Shown here: positions 25,780 to 38,224 of the stretch, in pieces | How the letters are laid out: each line of letters begins with the position of its first letter | Numbering within the stretch: position 1 is the stretch's first letter | DNA from: Antedon mediterranea | Lineage: Eukaryota > Animalia > Echinodermata | Direction: 5' to 3' | DNA length: 64,000 bases | NCBI RefSeq assembly: GCF_964355755.1 | Contig: NC_092670.1 | Location: forward strand, 25,344,795-25,408,794 | Position numbers and translations under genes: made by a program | Notes under the pieces: generated by a model | The model's database searches: none | What the model saw: only the letters and a program-made list of their open reading frames with translations | Told to the model about the DNA's origin: nothing

Positions 25780-28205
25780 AAACTCACCACGGAATGTAAT
25801 CTAAGAACACGAACAAGCAAGAAACTAAACTAAAGACGCATTAATATGTTAAAATCTAAGGTTATATTATTAGATTAAAGTAAATATTATCTACAATAAA
25901 ACAAGATCTGAAACAAATTTAATACATACAATTCATACATAATTTGTAAACATGATTGTAATATCAAGTTGCCTAACAAAGGTTTGTACAAAGTACCATT
26001 AACAAATCAAATTAGGCCTATGGAGTGAAGTGGTTAAAAAAAAATAAAAACACTGGCTCGTACAAAACTGTTTACCAAAATGCGAACCCTAACTTATGTT
26101 TTATTAATGGATACACAACAGCTTTCCATTTTGCACTGAGAGCAATCAGCATATGAACATTTTCTATAATTTGAAAAGCTAATGGAGCTAGTTTTGTGTT
26201 TAATCAAGTAGTTTAGTAGCCTTGAAAATCACGTCATGAAACAGTTCGTTTTTGTCATCATCTTTCAAGTTCATCACCAGTAGTATATTACGTAATCGTC
26301 ACTTGTTGTTGCTTTTACTCATTTTGAGCCATTATCCTAATTATTTGGTTGAAAGTGAAAAATTAATTAATCTTTGTCAAATGAATCTTGATTCAGATTG
26401 TCAGTGCCACCATCAGCACTTACTACTATTAGCAATCTCTAAAAGTAGATAGGATTTAAATTGTTGCAGAATTGGTATAAGCATTCTGTGTAGTGCATGG
26501 GCATTATCATTTAAAGTTAAACATCTTCACTTCTTTTCATTTTGGTTTTGCTGACACAGTTCTCAACTTGTATATAAGAAGTTGAGAAAGGAGACATTGT
26601 ACACTGACGATAAATCTTGATTGCTGTATGATTTATTTGTGTTTGATAATAACTGGAAAATACAATTTTTGAGTTAAGGAGTTATGAACAAATTTGGAAA
26701 TCTGGAAATATTGATTATTCAACAGTGAAACAAATATGTTTAGATCATTACAATAAAAAATTTGGGAATCGTAAAAAGTGACTGCAAATTTGAGGTGAAA
26801 AGAGTCCATTCATCGACTGGCTTTGGTTAATAATAAGTAATAATGCAGTAACTTTTAGAAAGTGAAGATTGAGTAAACTTTGATGCCGGTTGATAATGAA
26901 TTGAGCAAATACAGAAAAATGTGATCAATGGAAACAACTCTAAAGACTGAACCAATTGGTGACATTGCTGTTCTACATTTGTGACTATTCTCTTAACTAT
27001 TACAATATTTTAGAAACAATAATCACATTTCTTCACTTTTCATTTGCACGCATAGAAGATGGATTTAAATTTCACAGAAGAAAGCTGGGTGGCTGTCAAA
27101 GTTGGATGTGGCATTTCTATAACTGGCTTCATTCTGAACATTCTAGGTCTTATAGTCATCAACAGAGTTACATCAATGCGTTGGAGTACTCGCTGGTTTA
27201 TTTTCAGCCAATCGCTTATCGATGCAATTGGATGTTTTATTTATTTTCTGCATATTGTCTTAATCGATCCACTTGGCCTGAAAGTTTACTGCAAAGTATT
27301 TGCCTTCAACTGGAGTATATCAGCAGTTTCTACTGTTAATTTAATTTTTATTACAATAGAGAGGTACTTTGCTATTATGAAGCCATTTTGGTTTGAGATT
27401 AATTACACACCAAAACGAACATTGTTAATGATAGTATCTGCGTGGATTATTGGTTTCCTGTTGAACCCACAGGTTGTGGTGTATGTCCCAATTCAGATGG
27501 AATATGAAGTAGTATGTGGCATAACAGATCTGATAATCTTTTATCCTATATCTGGATCTATCTTCCTATTGATGTTTATATCAACTCTACTAACAATGGC
27601 TTTCGTGTATGGTAGTATTATCCGTGAACTCCGTCTCAAACGGCAGGTTGTTTTACCTATAAGTACAGCAGCACCTTCACCACCATCAATCCATGTTAAA
27701 ACTCTCAAAGTGTGTTTAGCCGTAAGCACCGCTTACATTCTTTGTTTTTTACCAGTACTTGTATTTACATTACTGTTTGCCTCTGAAATAGATCTCGGCA
27801 CATACATTGGAATGATAGGTGCAGACTTCTCAATTTTGAATTATATTGTGAATCCAGTTATTTACACACTTTCCTTAAAGCAGTTTCGCACTGAAATACT
27901 AAAATGTTTGTCGTTCAGTGTTTTCAGAATTTCTCCAGATCAATCTATTAATACCATAACAGCTGATACAAACTTAAAGGTCATTGATGTTTGAAGACTC
28001 ATTTGACATAATGCTCTTGATCTTTGCTATGACAATATACTGTACTAGTACTGCACTATATAACCTGAAAAATAATAATACCATACTATAGAAACGTATG
28101 CCTAACACGATAAGTTCACTGTCTATTCTCTGTTGTGTTGTACTTGATGCTTCGGCTATATTGGCTTAAATAAAAAAATACTATATAGGCCTATACCAGC
28201 GAAAA
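25780..28205 (+). repeat. Segmental duplication unit A (GPCR plus flanks); paralogous to 33780-38162
   Basis: Colinear non-coding similarity, e.g. aactcaccacggaatg / aactcatcacggaatg, tataagaagttgagaaa.gagacattgtacactgacgat, acttgatgctt.ggctatattg. Confidence 0.85.
27059..27994 (+). CDS. Intronless rhodopsin-like (class A) orphan GPCR, 311 aa
   Basis: Seven hydrophobic segments, TM1 GFILN, TM3 YCK...TIERYFAI, TM6 CFLP, TM7 NPVIY, N-glycosylation sequon NFT near the N-terminus; intact ORF. Confidence 0.92.
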   Translation: MDLNFTEESWVAVKVGCGISITGFILNILGLIVINRVTSMRWSTRWFIFSQSLIDAIGCFIYFLHIVLIDPLGLKVYCKVFAFNWSISAVSTVNLIFITIERYFAIMKPFWFEINYTPKRTLLMIVSAWIIGFLLNPQVVVYVPIQMEYEVVCGITDLIIFYPISGSIFLLMFISTLLTMAFVYGSIIRELRLKRQVVLPISTAAPSPPSIHVKTLKVCLAVSTAYILCFLPVLVFTLLFASEIDLGTYIGMIGADFSILNYIVNPVIYTLSLKQFRTEILKCLSFSVFRISPDQSINTITADTNLKVIDV

Positions 28206-28439
28206 GTCCTTTATTAGACAATTGTCAAGATAATGAAAGGACGAAAAAGAAATTAAATAATCGAACATCACTTTGTCGTGGATGGAGAGGGAAGAAGTAG
28301 AATTACACAATTAATAAATACCCTATTGAAATTAAATCATTGAAAGAAGCAATTAAATTGCAATTTTGATAAAAAATGTTATTAAAGACTCAACGTATGT
28401 ACTGTTTCAATAATTTGATAGAGTATGGTTTACATATAA

Positions 28440-28960
28440 AAAAGTCGCCCAACCGAGATTCGAACCCGGGCCTTCTGCTTGATATGCAGATGTCCTAACC
28501 ATTAGACCACTGGGGCTTTCATGGTATAGTTCAAACCCCATTGGATACCGACTCTTTAACACTCTCGGCGTGGTGTACGGCGGAACAGCACTAGTCGCTG
28601 TATTGTACGCACGCGCACCAGAGATCAAATTGATACGCCCTCATCTATCAGTATTTTTATTCACGAAGCGGGATCTCCGGGTTCGAATCTCGGTTGGAGC
28701 ATTCTCACAGATTTCCTCATCTTATCGTTTCAAAATTAATTAATTAAATTTCAGTATATCACCGGGCGGTTTAGGAATTAATGTATATGCCTATTGTGTT
28801 TATATATATAAAAAGTATCTCTTCGGAGATCCCGCTTCGTGAATAAAATACTGAAAGATGAGAGCGTATCAATTTGATCTCTGGTGCGCGTGCGTACAAT
28901 TAAGGGATTAGTGCTGTTTCGCCGTACCACGCCGAGAATGTTAAAGAGTCGTTATCAAAT
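28440..28960. repeat. Composite tRNA-like inverted repeat; continues at 33421-33525 beyond the LINE insertion
   Basis: 28540-28680 is the reverse complement of 28822-28960; tRNA-like core on minus at 28446-28516; second B-box module on plus at 28676-28700. Confidence 0.75.
28446..28516 (-). tRNA. tRNA-Asp(ATC)-like pseudogene / SINE core, probably not a functional tRNA
   Basis: Anticodon stem TCTGC/GCAGA with loop ATATCAA, T-arm CCGGG-TTCGAAT-CTCGG, imperfect acceptor stem, followed by T6. Confidence 0.4.
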
Positions 28961-29262
28961 CAAATTCAAATTCAAATTCAAATATTCTTTATTCATCCTC
29001 GACCTCAATCATGAAAATATACAACAACAATATATGAGAACATAAAAAAGATGAAAAGGAAACACATAAAAACTCAAAAGAGCTTGATTAGTTGTGTCCC
29101 CCTATGTCCCTAACTAGCCTAAAAAACTAAAACATAAATAATAAAAAAAAGCTAAATCCTGCAACAAGTATTATTTTTAAAATTATTTGTAAAATGATAA
29201 TAAATGTTCTTTAAACAATGATTTAAATATATATATTGATTTGGTACTTTGTAGTTCGTAAT

Positions 29263-32177
29263 TCAAGTCATTCCACAATTTGGGTCCCACACATGACACA
29301 GTAAAACTATAGTAGAAGTACGATTACGTTTTCTGAGTCTCATTTTGTCTTTAGATCTTGTATTATAATTATGGTAAGAACCATTTTTTATAAAGAGCGA
29401 TGAAAAACGCACGTCCTGATTAGTAGTAACATTATACATGAAAAGCCCAATTTGGTACTTATTGATATCCGCAATTTTAAGAAGTTTAAATTTATAGAAA
29501 CATTCAGTCATTGAATCATTAAACTTTGACCATGTTATAGCTCGTAATGCCCTTTTCTGGAGTTTAAATAACTCATCTAAATAACTTGGAAATGTGCTAC
29601 ACCATATTATGTTGCAATAATTTAATACTGGTTCAATGAGTGATTTGTATATTGTCCAGAGAGCATAGGTTGGTAAAAAATGTCTTACTTTATATAGTAT
29701 GCCTACATATCGAGATATTTTCCTAGCTGTAACATTGATGTGGTTCTTATATGCGAGAAATTCATCAATATGTACTCCAAGGAATTTAGTCGATTTAACT
29801 CTATCTATTCTTTTATTGTTGACATAAATATTAACATTCTCTAAATTACTTGGATTTCGCTGATTGCGGAAAATTATGTAATTAGTTTTTTTAACGTTGA
29901 TTGATAGTTTATTGCACATGAACCAATCCGAAACATTTTTTAGTTCACCATTAACTAGTTCTATGAGCGTATCCAAGTTTTCGTGAGATGCAGATATGTT
30001 TGTGTCGTCAGCAAATAAACAAAAGATAACGAGTTTGAGCAATTAAATACATCGTTAATGTACAAAATAAAAAGTAGAGGCCCCAGAATTGAACCCTGTG
30101 GTACACCGCAATTTATATCCATCAAACACGAACTTGTGTTATCAATAGACGTAAATTGTTTCCTTCCATTAATATAGTTTCTAAACCATTTAAGGGCCGT
30201 GCCTCTTATGCCATAGTGTTCCAATTTTTTAAGAAGTATATCATGGTTGATGGTGTCAAACGCTTTTGACAAATCAATAAATATTCCGATGGTATTTTTT
30301 TTCTTATCAAGCGCATCGGTTATTCGTTCAACCAGATCTATAACGGCCATAAAAGTAGAACTGTTTTTTCTGAAACCTTATTGTGCATTATTAAGGATGT
30401 TAAACTTTGTGATATAATTATTTACTCTAATTTGAACAATTTTTTCAAGAATTTTTGAAGCGGTAGGCAGAATAGAGATCGGCCTATAATTACTGACGTC
30501 ACTTTTATTGCCAGATTTAAAAATTGGAACTACTCTAGCTACTTTCATACTATCAGGGACCATGCCTGTCTCAAGAGAGAGGTTAAAGATATGTACAAGA
30601 GGAGATGCCACAGCAGCAATAATATGTTTTAGAATGCGATTACTTAAGTTATCAACACCTTCTGAATTTGAATTTTTGATTTGCTTAACTATTTCAATGA
30701 CCTCTTCTTCATTCGTAGGATTGAAAAATATGGATTGGGATTGACTCTCTTTCATATATTGTTTAAAGTCAGAATTGTTTACATTTGGTATTTTGTTTGC
30801 TAATTCATTTCCAATGTTGGAGAAGAAGTCATTAAAAGCGTCAGACATACCTTTTGGATCACATACCAAAGTTTTATTACTATGATTAATTACCTCTTTG
30901 GCTTAACACTCGATTTTTTTCTATTTAGAACTTCATTTAAAACTTTCCATGTTTGCTTTGAATCGTGTCGAGCTGCATCCAGTTTTTTGGAATAATATTG
31001 TTTTTTCCGAATTCTAATTAAATGAGTTAATTTATTTTTGTACTTTTTATATATATTTTTTAATAATTGTGTTGGGTTTTTAAGGTATTTTTTATAAAGT
31101 TTATTTTTCTTTTTTATTGAAATCAAAATTCCTGTTGTGATCCATGGTTTTTTCTTTGTATTACCATTTGGCTTATTACTTTTTGTAGGTATGTTATTAT
31201 CTATGAGATTGGATAGTTTTTTTAATAAATAGGTTATATGATGTATTAAAATCTGTGCATAAATATAGTTCACCCCAATCCTCATTAGAAATAGCAATAA
31301 GCAAGTTATTTAATGTTGTATCATTAATTATTTTTTGTTTTGTAATTGGAGCTTGTGTGTTAGTATTTAATGACAAGTGTGTTGTCATGAAAATGGGTAG
31401 ATGATCGGTAATGTCAGTGACTATTACTCCACAATGCGAAATGTTATCATCATTCGTAATAATATTATCTAAAATTGTAGCAGAAGACTATCTTATTCTG
31501 TTGGGTAAGTTGATTAATGGATTAAAAGATGTTGAGTAAATAATGTTTGTGAATTCCTGTGTTGTTTTTTGAATGTCATATTTTAATAAGTCTTGATTAA
31601 AATCTCCTAAGATATAGCAGTTTTTGTTTTCGCGATTAAGTTTATGTAAGATTTCTTCCAGATCAGAGTTAAATGAGTTGACGTTTGAATTTGGTGGTCG
31701 ATACAACATACCTACAATAGTATTTTTGCCGTTTGTGTTTATTATTTCTAGAAAAAGTGAATCAATGGAGTTATCATTAAATACGAAATCATCACGTGTT
31801 ACGGTGTTGATTTGTTCTTTTAAATATAGACAAACTCCACCACCGACTCTACCTTCTCTATTACAAGTGTACATATTGTATCCATTGATATTTAATAAGT
31901 CAATTGGCGTGTTCTTATTTATCCAGGTTTCCGAGAAACCAAGTACATCAAACGCACGACCTATGGTATCTAACATAATGCTAATTTCGTCGAAGTGTTT
32001 TGGAAGACTACGTGCATTCATGTGTAACGTTGTAAAGATACCATCGTTATCAATTTGCGCCTGTAGCTCATTTAGTTGTGTTGGAGTGAAATATTTGCAT
32101 AAACCAGCCTCGTCACTTTCAAAGCAATCTAAGGAATGTGTAGGACTGGATTTATTTTCATATTGAGTCGTGCTCAT
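29263..32177 (-). pseudogene. LINE ORF2 (APE endonuclease plus reverse transcriptase) broken by stops and frameshifts
   Basis: Six consecutive ORF fragments (31488-32177, 31197-31388, 30890-31297, 30378-30869, 29961-30350, 29263-30042) are colinear with one ORF2. Confidence 0.88.
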
Positions 32178-32404
32178 AAAGTAGTATTGGAAAAGAACAA
32201 AATACTATCAATTCACCAAAGCTGTTAAGCAAAATGGCGTTCAAATAAATGACTAAAAACCGGCAGGTTAGCAATACAATGATAAAAAAAAAAACACAAT
32301 TTACAATAAAAGAATCACAATAAAGCACACACACCAAACAGTTAATGCCGTCTATAATGTATACAATAGTTAAAATTCTGGTTTCAGGGCAAAAACAAGA
32401 AATC

Positions 32405-33235
32405 TCACAATTTCACATTTAATGTACTACCACACGGTAAATTAGGTGGAATGCAGTTCTTCTTATTATTCTTAGTTAGTACATGTATGCGTCCATCTTG
32501 GGTCCAGACTGCGGTCAAGACGGAATTATGCTGGGTTTTGATGGTTCTTAACAATTTCATCCTTTTCATTGTTAGGTTCTCGTGTATAAAGGTATCGGTA
32601 CCTTTCAGTTTTCTTTTTGCTTTATAAACTTCATTTCTTTTATTGTATTGAGCGAACTTCACAATAACTCCCCGGGGCTTGCCGTTACTTGGTTTCTTGG
32701 GGCCTAGTCTGTGACTCCTATCAATGTCATTATGATTCACCGTAAGGTTCATCTTAGAACTAAATAATTGTGTAACAATATTATCGGTATTCTCACCTAC
32801 TTTCTCCTCCAGTCCGTGTATCACCAAACAGTTCCTCCTGGAATATTGTTCACTTTCATCCAGTGATTCCCTAATGTCCTCGATTTCCTGTTCCATTTTC
32901 TTCATGCGATCATTCGACTCGTCAAGTTCAAATCTAAGAGCATCCATTGTGGCTTTACTAACAATTTGCATAATATGCTCAGCCAGTTGGTCCTTGATCA
33001 TCGATGTTATTTGTTTCGCTAAGTTATCCAATATGTCCGATTTGCCATCAAATAAGAGTTTCAATTCAGATTGGATAATGCCAGCGATTTCCTTAGAGTC
33101 TATGTCGCAATTGGACTTATCTAACTTATCTTCAAGGCAAGGGATGCCTTTTCCTTCAGCCTCTTTTTGGTTACGACGTGGCCTGGCTGCAGGCGAATCG
33201 TCCCTCTGTCCTCCCTTTGGCTTACCACCGCCCAT
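32405..33235 (-). CDS. LINE ORF1 protein (coiled coil plus RRM, L1 ORF1/Tnp22-like)
   Basis: MGGGKPK...EQYSRRNCLVIHGLEE...DIDRSHRLG...PRGVIVKF...FIHENLT...WTQDGRI. Confidence 0.8.
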   Translation of the reverse strand: MGGGKPKGGQRDDSPAARPRRNQKEAEGKGIPCLEDKLDKSNCDIDSKEIAGIIQSELKLLFDGKSDILDNLAKQITSMIKDQLAEHIMQIVSKATMDALRFELDESNDRMKKMEQEIEDIRESLDESEQYSRRNCLVIHGLEEKVGENTDNIVTQLFSSKMNLTVNHNDIDRSHRLGPKKPSNGKPRGVIVKFAQYNKRNEVYKAKRKLKGTDTFIHENLTMKRMKLLRTIKTQHNSVLTAVWTQDGRIHVLTKNNKKNCIPPNLPCGSTLNVKL

Positions 33236-34661
33236 GTTGCGGGCAAATAAAACACTGAAATCGAGTAAACAAAATTCCTTGAGGTAAATGAACAATAGTA
33301 AACGTAGGTTGCGACTATGTGTAACAATGCATTCAGCTGGTGTGACACGTGAAATGTTTGATTTCCAGGAGCGATTATTCGACACGTCTTACTCGCATCG
33401 CTTCTCGATCTGTAAAAAAAATCGAGTTTGAACAATACCATGAAAGCCCCAGTGGTCGAATGGTAAGGACAGCTGCAAACGGACCTTCTGCTTGATATGC
33501 AGATGTCCTAACCATTAGACCACGATAAGGGCTTATAACGAATAAGAATATTTATATCTATGTTAAGAGAGGAAACGTTTTTAAACAGTTTTACTGTATA
33601 ATATGAGTATCAGTATATAATATATCACGTCACAACAAAAATATAAACAATGATGACATGTTATACAGTACTTTATGCTTAATTATGTATGTTTTTTTGA
33701 GAATGTAAATAAAAAAAGAATAATAAAAACAGCTATGTTAAAGTGAAAATATATATTATAACATTATAAATTATTATTAAAAACTCATCACGGAATGGAC
33801 ACACATTGAGAAGCAAGGAACAATTAAATTGAAGACGCATTTAATGTGTTGTTTCTAAGTTGCATTATTGGATTAAGTAAGGTTTATGACATGGTAAAAA
33901 AAGATCTGAAACAAATTATATATAACCTATAAACATAATTGCTTAAGAACGGTTCAAAATACCATTAGCTAAATCTTAAGACTTTGGAGTGAAGTGGTGT
34001 TTAGAAAAAAATACTGACTCGTACAAAACTGTTGTACTTCACAGTCACTACAACAGTTAGCTTTATTAATTGATACACAGCTTTCAATTTCCATTTGGCA
34101 TGTGAACTTTGTTATAATTTGAAAGCCAAATGTCTAATTACGTCATAAAAACTGTTTTTGTTTCAATTAGGACGTTCGCTATTGTCATTATCTTTCAAGT
34201 TCATCACCCTTAGTATTGTACGTGATCGTCACTTAGTATTTTTGTTGATTTTACTAATTTTGATCCATTATCCTAATTATTTGTTGAAGGTGGCAAATTG
34301 ATTAATCTTTGTCATATTGACCTTGATCGTCATTGTATTGAGATGCGAAATCCGGCAGTGCCATCACAAGCATTTATTGCTAATTTATAGGTTCATGATT
34401 GTACTAATAACAATCTCTACGTAGATATAATTTAAGATTGTTGATAAATTGGTATAATACATTCTGTGTAGTAATAGGCCTACATCATATAAAGCAAAAA
34501 CGTCTTCAATTTTCTTTTTTTTTTTTTTCTACAGAAAGATGCCGACATACTTGTATCTTGTATAAGAAGTTGAGAAATGAGACATTGTACACTGACGATC
34601 AATCTTGATTGTTAAATGCTGTTTATTTTGTGTAATAACGAGAAGATATACTTTGTGACCT

Positions 34662-35481
34662 GGGCCTGTTTCTGCTGCAACTGCTCAAAATAAGGTATAA
34701 AAATACGGTATAAAATACGATATTTTTTATACCGTATTTTTTAGTACCCCGTTTCTGCTAACAATACTTCTTGGGTGGTCGTGTTAAATTTCATCTTTTT
34801 TACCCAAATTGCCATTCATTTATTTGATCGATAATTAAAAGTCGCAATAAAGGAAATTTTACGTCTCACTTTCAACAGCCTAGCCCTAGTGATAGAGATG
34901 TTGTGAGAGCACAGAAAACATCGTAATGGGGACAATTAATTCGTTCCCTCCCCGAGTTTTTGTATTTTACAATGTTGTACTACTTTCGCAGGCTCTTCAG
35001 CTTTGAGTTTACTTGCTTTGGAGACAAGTCTATTCCATACTCCTGCTTTATTTTTTTAGAAATGTCTTTATAAATGTGGTTGTCCCTTTTATTACCTTTT
35101 AGTTGGCCAGACATTTTAGCTTCCCCACACACATTTATTTAGTAAAACTGTGACGTCTTCGCTCCACATTTTCGCCGAATATATCTATACACGTGTCTAA
35201 AGCAGCTGACAGCGACAGAAAATAAAAACACGAATGTTGACCTTTTGTCATGTAAAAAAAAAATACGGTATTTTTTATTGGCAGCAGAAACGGGTACAAA
35301 AAAATACGGTATAAATTTGTAAATACCGTATTTTATCCACAAATTTTGTGGGGAAAATACGGTATACAAAATACGGTATATTTTTTATGAGCGCAGTTTC
35401 TGCTGCCAAAAATATACCGTATACGGTATTCAAAAAATACCGTATAATATACGGTATTTAGTTGGCAGCAGAAACAGGGCC
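34662..35481. mobile_element. About 820-bp non-autonomous TIR transposon (possibly PIF/Harbinger) with ATACGGTA subterminal repeats
   Basis: GGGCCTGTTTCTGCTGC...GCAGCAGAAACAGGGCC termini; absent from the paralogous unit A; internal TIR-like copies at about 34748, 35278, 35395. Confidence 0.75.
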
Positions 35482-36026
35482 AGAGACAATTGGCTCTGAA
35501 AAGGGATACCGGTAGTAAGACGAAGAATAACTTAAACTTGACCTGATAGATTATTTCAGTATAGGCCTACATACATAACAAGATCATTTTTCTCTTGCGA
35601 ATTGGTGCTTCGACTATTAGGCTCTACCGACTATTAGCTTAAGTAAAAAATCATTAATACCAGCTGATGCTAATTATTGTTTACTATAATATTCAACAGC
35701 GAAACAACACTTTCTAGAAACTTAGACCTGGCAGTTTGGAGCTTCACTTCTGCATCAGCAGGTTTCATGTGTATTTGTCTCGGTTGTGTAGTACCTTGAT
35801 GACTTTGACTTCAGATAATAAATCTGTCTGTCACACCAAAGATATCATTATATTTCTTTAGTACCTGTACGGAATGTGATCAATGGAAAACTGAACCAGT
35901 TAGACATATACATACAAATACAAATATTGAAATCACACACACAGCTGTGGCTATTCTCCCAACTATTATATTTAAAGTTCATAAACATTTATTTGTTTAC
36001 AATAGTAATTCTTCTTTCGTATTTCG

Positions 36027-36757
36027 ATGTATTTAAATTTCACAGAAGAAACATGGGTGGCTGTCAAAGTTGGATGTGGCATTTCTGTAACTCGATTCAT
36101 TCTGAACATTCTAGCTCTTATAGTCATCAACAGAGTTACATCAATGCGTTCGAGTACTCGCTGGTTTATTTTTAACCAATCATTTATCGACTCAATTGGA
36201 TGTTTAGTTTTTTTCTTGAATAATGCCTTAATCGATCCACTTGGCTTCTACTGTTAATTTAATTTTTGTTACAATAGAGAGGTACTTTGCTATTATGAAG
36301 CCATTATTAATTACACACCAAAACGAACATTGATAATGATAATATCTGCATGGATTATTGGTTTCCTTATTAATCCACAGGCTGTGTTGTTTGTCCCAAT
36401 TCAGTTGGAACATGAGGTAATATGTGGCATAACATATCTGGTAATCTTTCATCATATATGTGGATCCATCTTCATATTATTGTTTCTATCATGGCTTTTG
36501 GTAGCATTATCCATGAACTTCGTTTTAAGCACTGCTTATATCCTATGTTTTGTACCAATACTTGTATTTACATTACTGTATGTCTCGGCACATACATCGG
36601 AATGATAAGTGCAGACTTTTCAATATTAAATTATATTGTAAATCCGGTTATTTACACACTTTCCTTAAAGCAGTTTCGCATCGAGTTGGACGTTTACAAA
36701 ATCTCTCCAGATGAGTACATTGATACTGTACCCATAACAACTGACATAATGTTCTAG
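36027..36757 (+). pseudogene. GPCR pseudogene, paralog of 27059-27994
   Basis: MYLNFTEETWVAVKVGCGIS... split over three frames; deletions remove the start of TM3 and the third intracellular loop; NPVIY retained. Confidence 0.9.
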
Positions 36758-36769
36758 AAACTTTAACCT

Positions 36770-38090
36770 GATAAAGTTCATTTCTGTAGCAGCAGGTTTC
36801 ATGGTCATTTTACCTGACCGGATAAAGTTCATTTCTGTAGCAGCAGGCTTCATGGTCATTTTACCTGACCGGATAAAGTTCATTTCTGTAGCAGCAGGCT
36901 TCATGGTCATTTTACCTGACCGGATAAAGTTCATTTCTGTAGCAGCAGCAGGCTTCATGGTCATTTTACCTGACCGGATAAAGTTCATTTCTGTAGCAGC
37001 AGGCTTCATGGTCATTTTACCTGACCGGATAAAGTTTATTTCTGTAGCAGCAGGCTTCATGGTCATTTTACCTGACCGGATAAAGTTCATTTTTGTAGCA
37101 GCAGGCTTCATGGTCATTTTACCTGACCGGATAAAGTTCATTTCTGTAGCAGCAGGCTTCATGGTCATTTTACCTGACCGAATAAAGTTCATTTCTGTAG
37201 CAGCAGGCTTCATGGTCATTTTACCGGACCGGATAAAGTTCATTTCTGTAGCAGCAGGCTTCATGGTCATTTTACCTGACCGGATAAAGTTCATTTCTGT
37301 AGCAGCAGGCTTCATGGTCATTTTACCTGACCGGATAAAGTTCATTTCTGTAGCAGCAGGCTTCATGGTCATTTTACCTGACCGGATAAAGTTCATTTCT
37401 GTAGCAGCAGGCTTCATGGTCATATTACCTGACCGGATAAAGTTCATTTCTGTAGCAGCAGGCTTCATGGTCATTTTACCTGACCGGATAAAGTTCATTT
37501 CTGTAGCAGCAGGCTTCATGGTCATTTTACCTGACCGGATAAAGTTCATTTCTGTAGCAGCAGGCTTCATGGTCATTTTACCTGACCGGATAAAGTTCAT
37601 TTCTGTAGCAGCAGGCTTCATGGTCATTTTACCTGACAGGATAAAGTTCATTTCTGTAGCAGCAGGCTTCATGGTCATTTTACCTGACCGGATAAAGTTC
37701 ATTTCTGTAGCAGCAGGCTTCATGGTCATTTTACCTGACAGGATAAAGTTCATTTCTGTAGCAGCAGGCTTCATGGTCATTTTACCGGACCGGATAAAGT
37801 TCATTTCTGTAGCCAGCAGGCTTCATGGTCATTTTACCTGACAGGATAAAGTTCATTTCTGTAGCAGCAGGCTTCATGGTCATTTTACCTGACCGGATAA
37901 AGTTCATTTCTGTAGCAGCAGGCTTCATGGTCATTTTACCTGACAGGATAAAGTTCATTTCTGTAGCAGCAGGCTTCATGGTCATTTTACCTGACCGGAT
38001 AAAGTTAATTTCTGTAGCAGCAGGCTTCATGGTCATTTTACCTGACCGGATAAAGTTCATTTCTGTAGCAGCAGGCTTCATGGTCATTTT
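36770..38090. repeat. 51-bp minisatellite, about 26 near-identical copies
   Basis: Unit GATAAAGTTCATTTCTGTAGCAGCAGGCTTCATGGTCATTTTACCTGACCG; a few substitutions, one extra GCA and one extra C. Confidence 0.97.
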
Positions 38091-38224
38091 TTCCTGTATT
38101 GCAACTTGATGCTTTGGCTATATTGACTTTGGGCTAAATTACTATAGCAATACCAGCGAAATTGGAAATACATTAGTTGTTTGACAATTTAAAACAAACA
38201 ATATGGCTATATAATATAGAACAA

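Larger units (their letters stand above)
28961..33413 (-). mobile_element. Near full-length CR1/L2-clade LINE (ORF1 plus disrupted APE-RT ORF2) with (TTTGAA)n tail
   Basis: ORF1 32405-33385; ORF2 pieces 29263-32177: LHMNARSL, LGFSETW, LGDFN, NYRPISILP, IDLSKAFDT, GVPQGSILGP, FADDT; AATAAA plus (TTTGAA)n at 28961-28993. Confidence 0.93.

Noticed and set aside
25243-28628. ORFs 25243-25578 and 28407-28628 with similar peptides
   Set aside because: Translations of the tRNA-derived repeat, not protein genes.
30508-33287. Plus-strand ORFs of 78, 180 and 137 aa
   Set aside because: Antisense shadows of LINE ORF1 and ORF2.
36770-38090. Possible CRISPR array
   Set aside because: Units are contiguous with no unique spacers, no cas genes, and the context is eukaryotic.
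36665-38109. Long repetitive ORFs on both strands (379, 346, 101, 94 aa)
   Set aside because: They arise because the 51-bp unit is a multiple of 3 with no stop in those frames; a 1-bp insertion near 37813 breaks them and there is no gene context.
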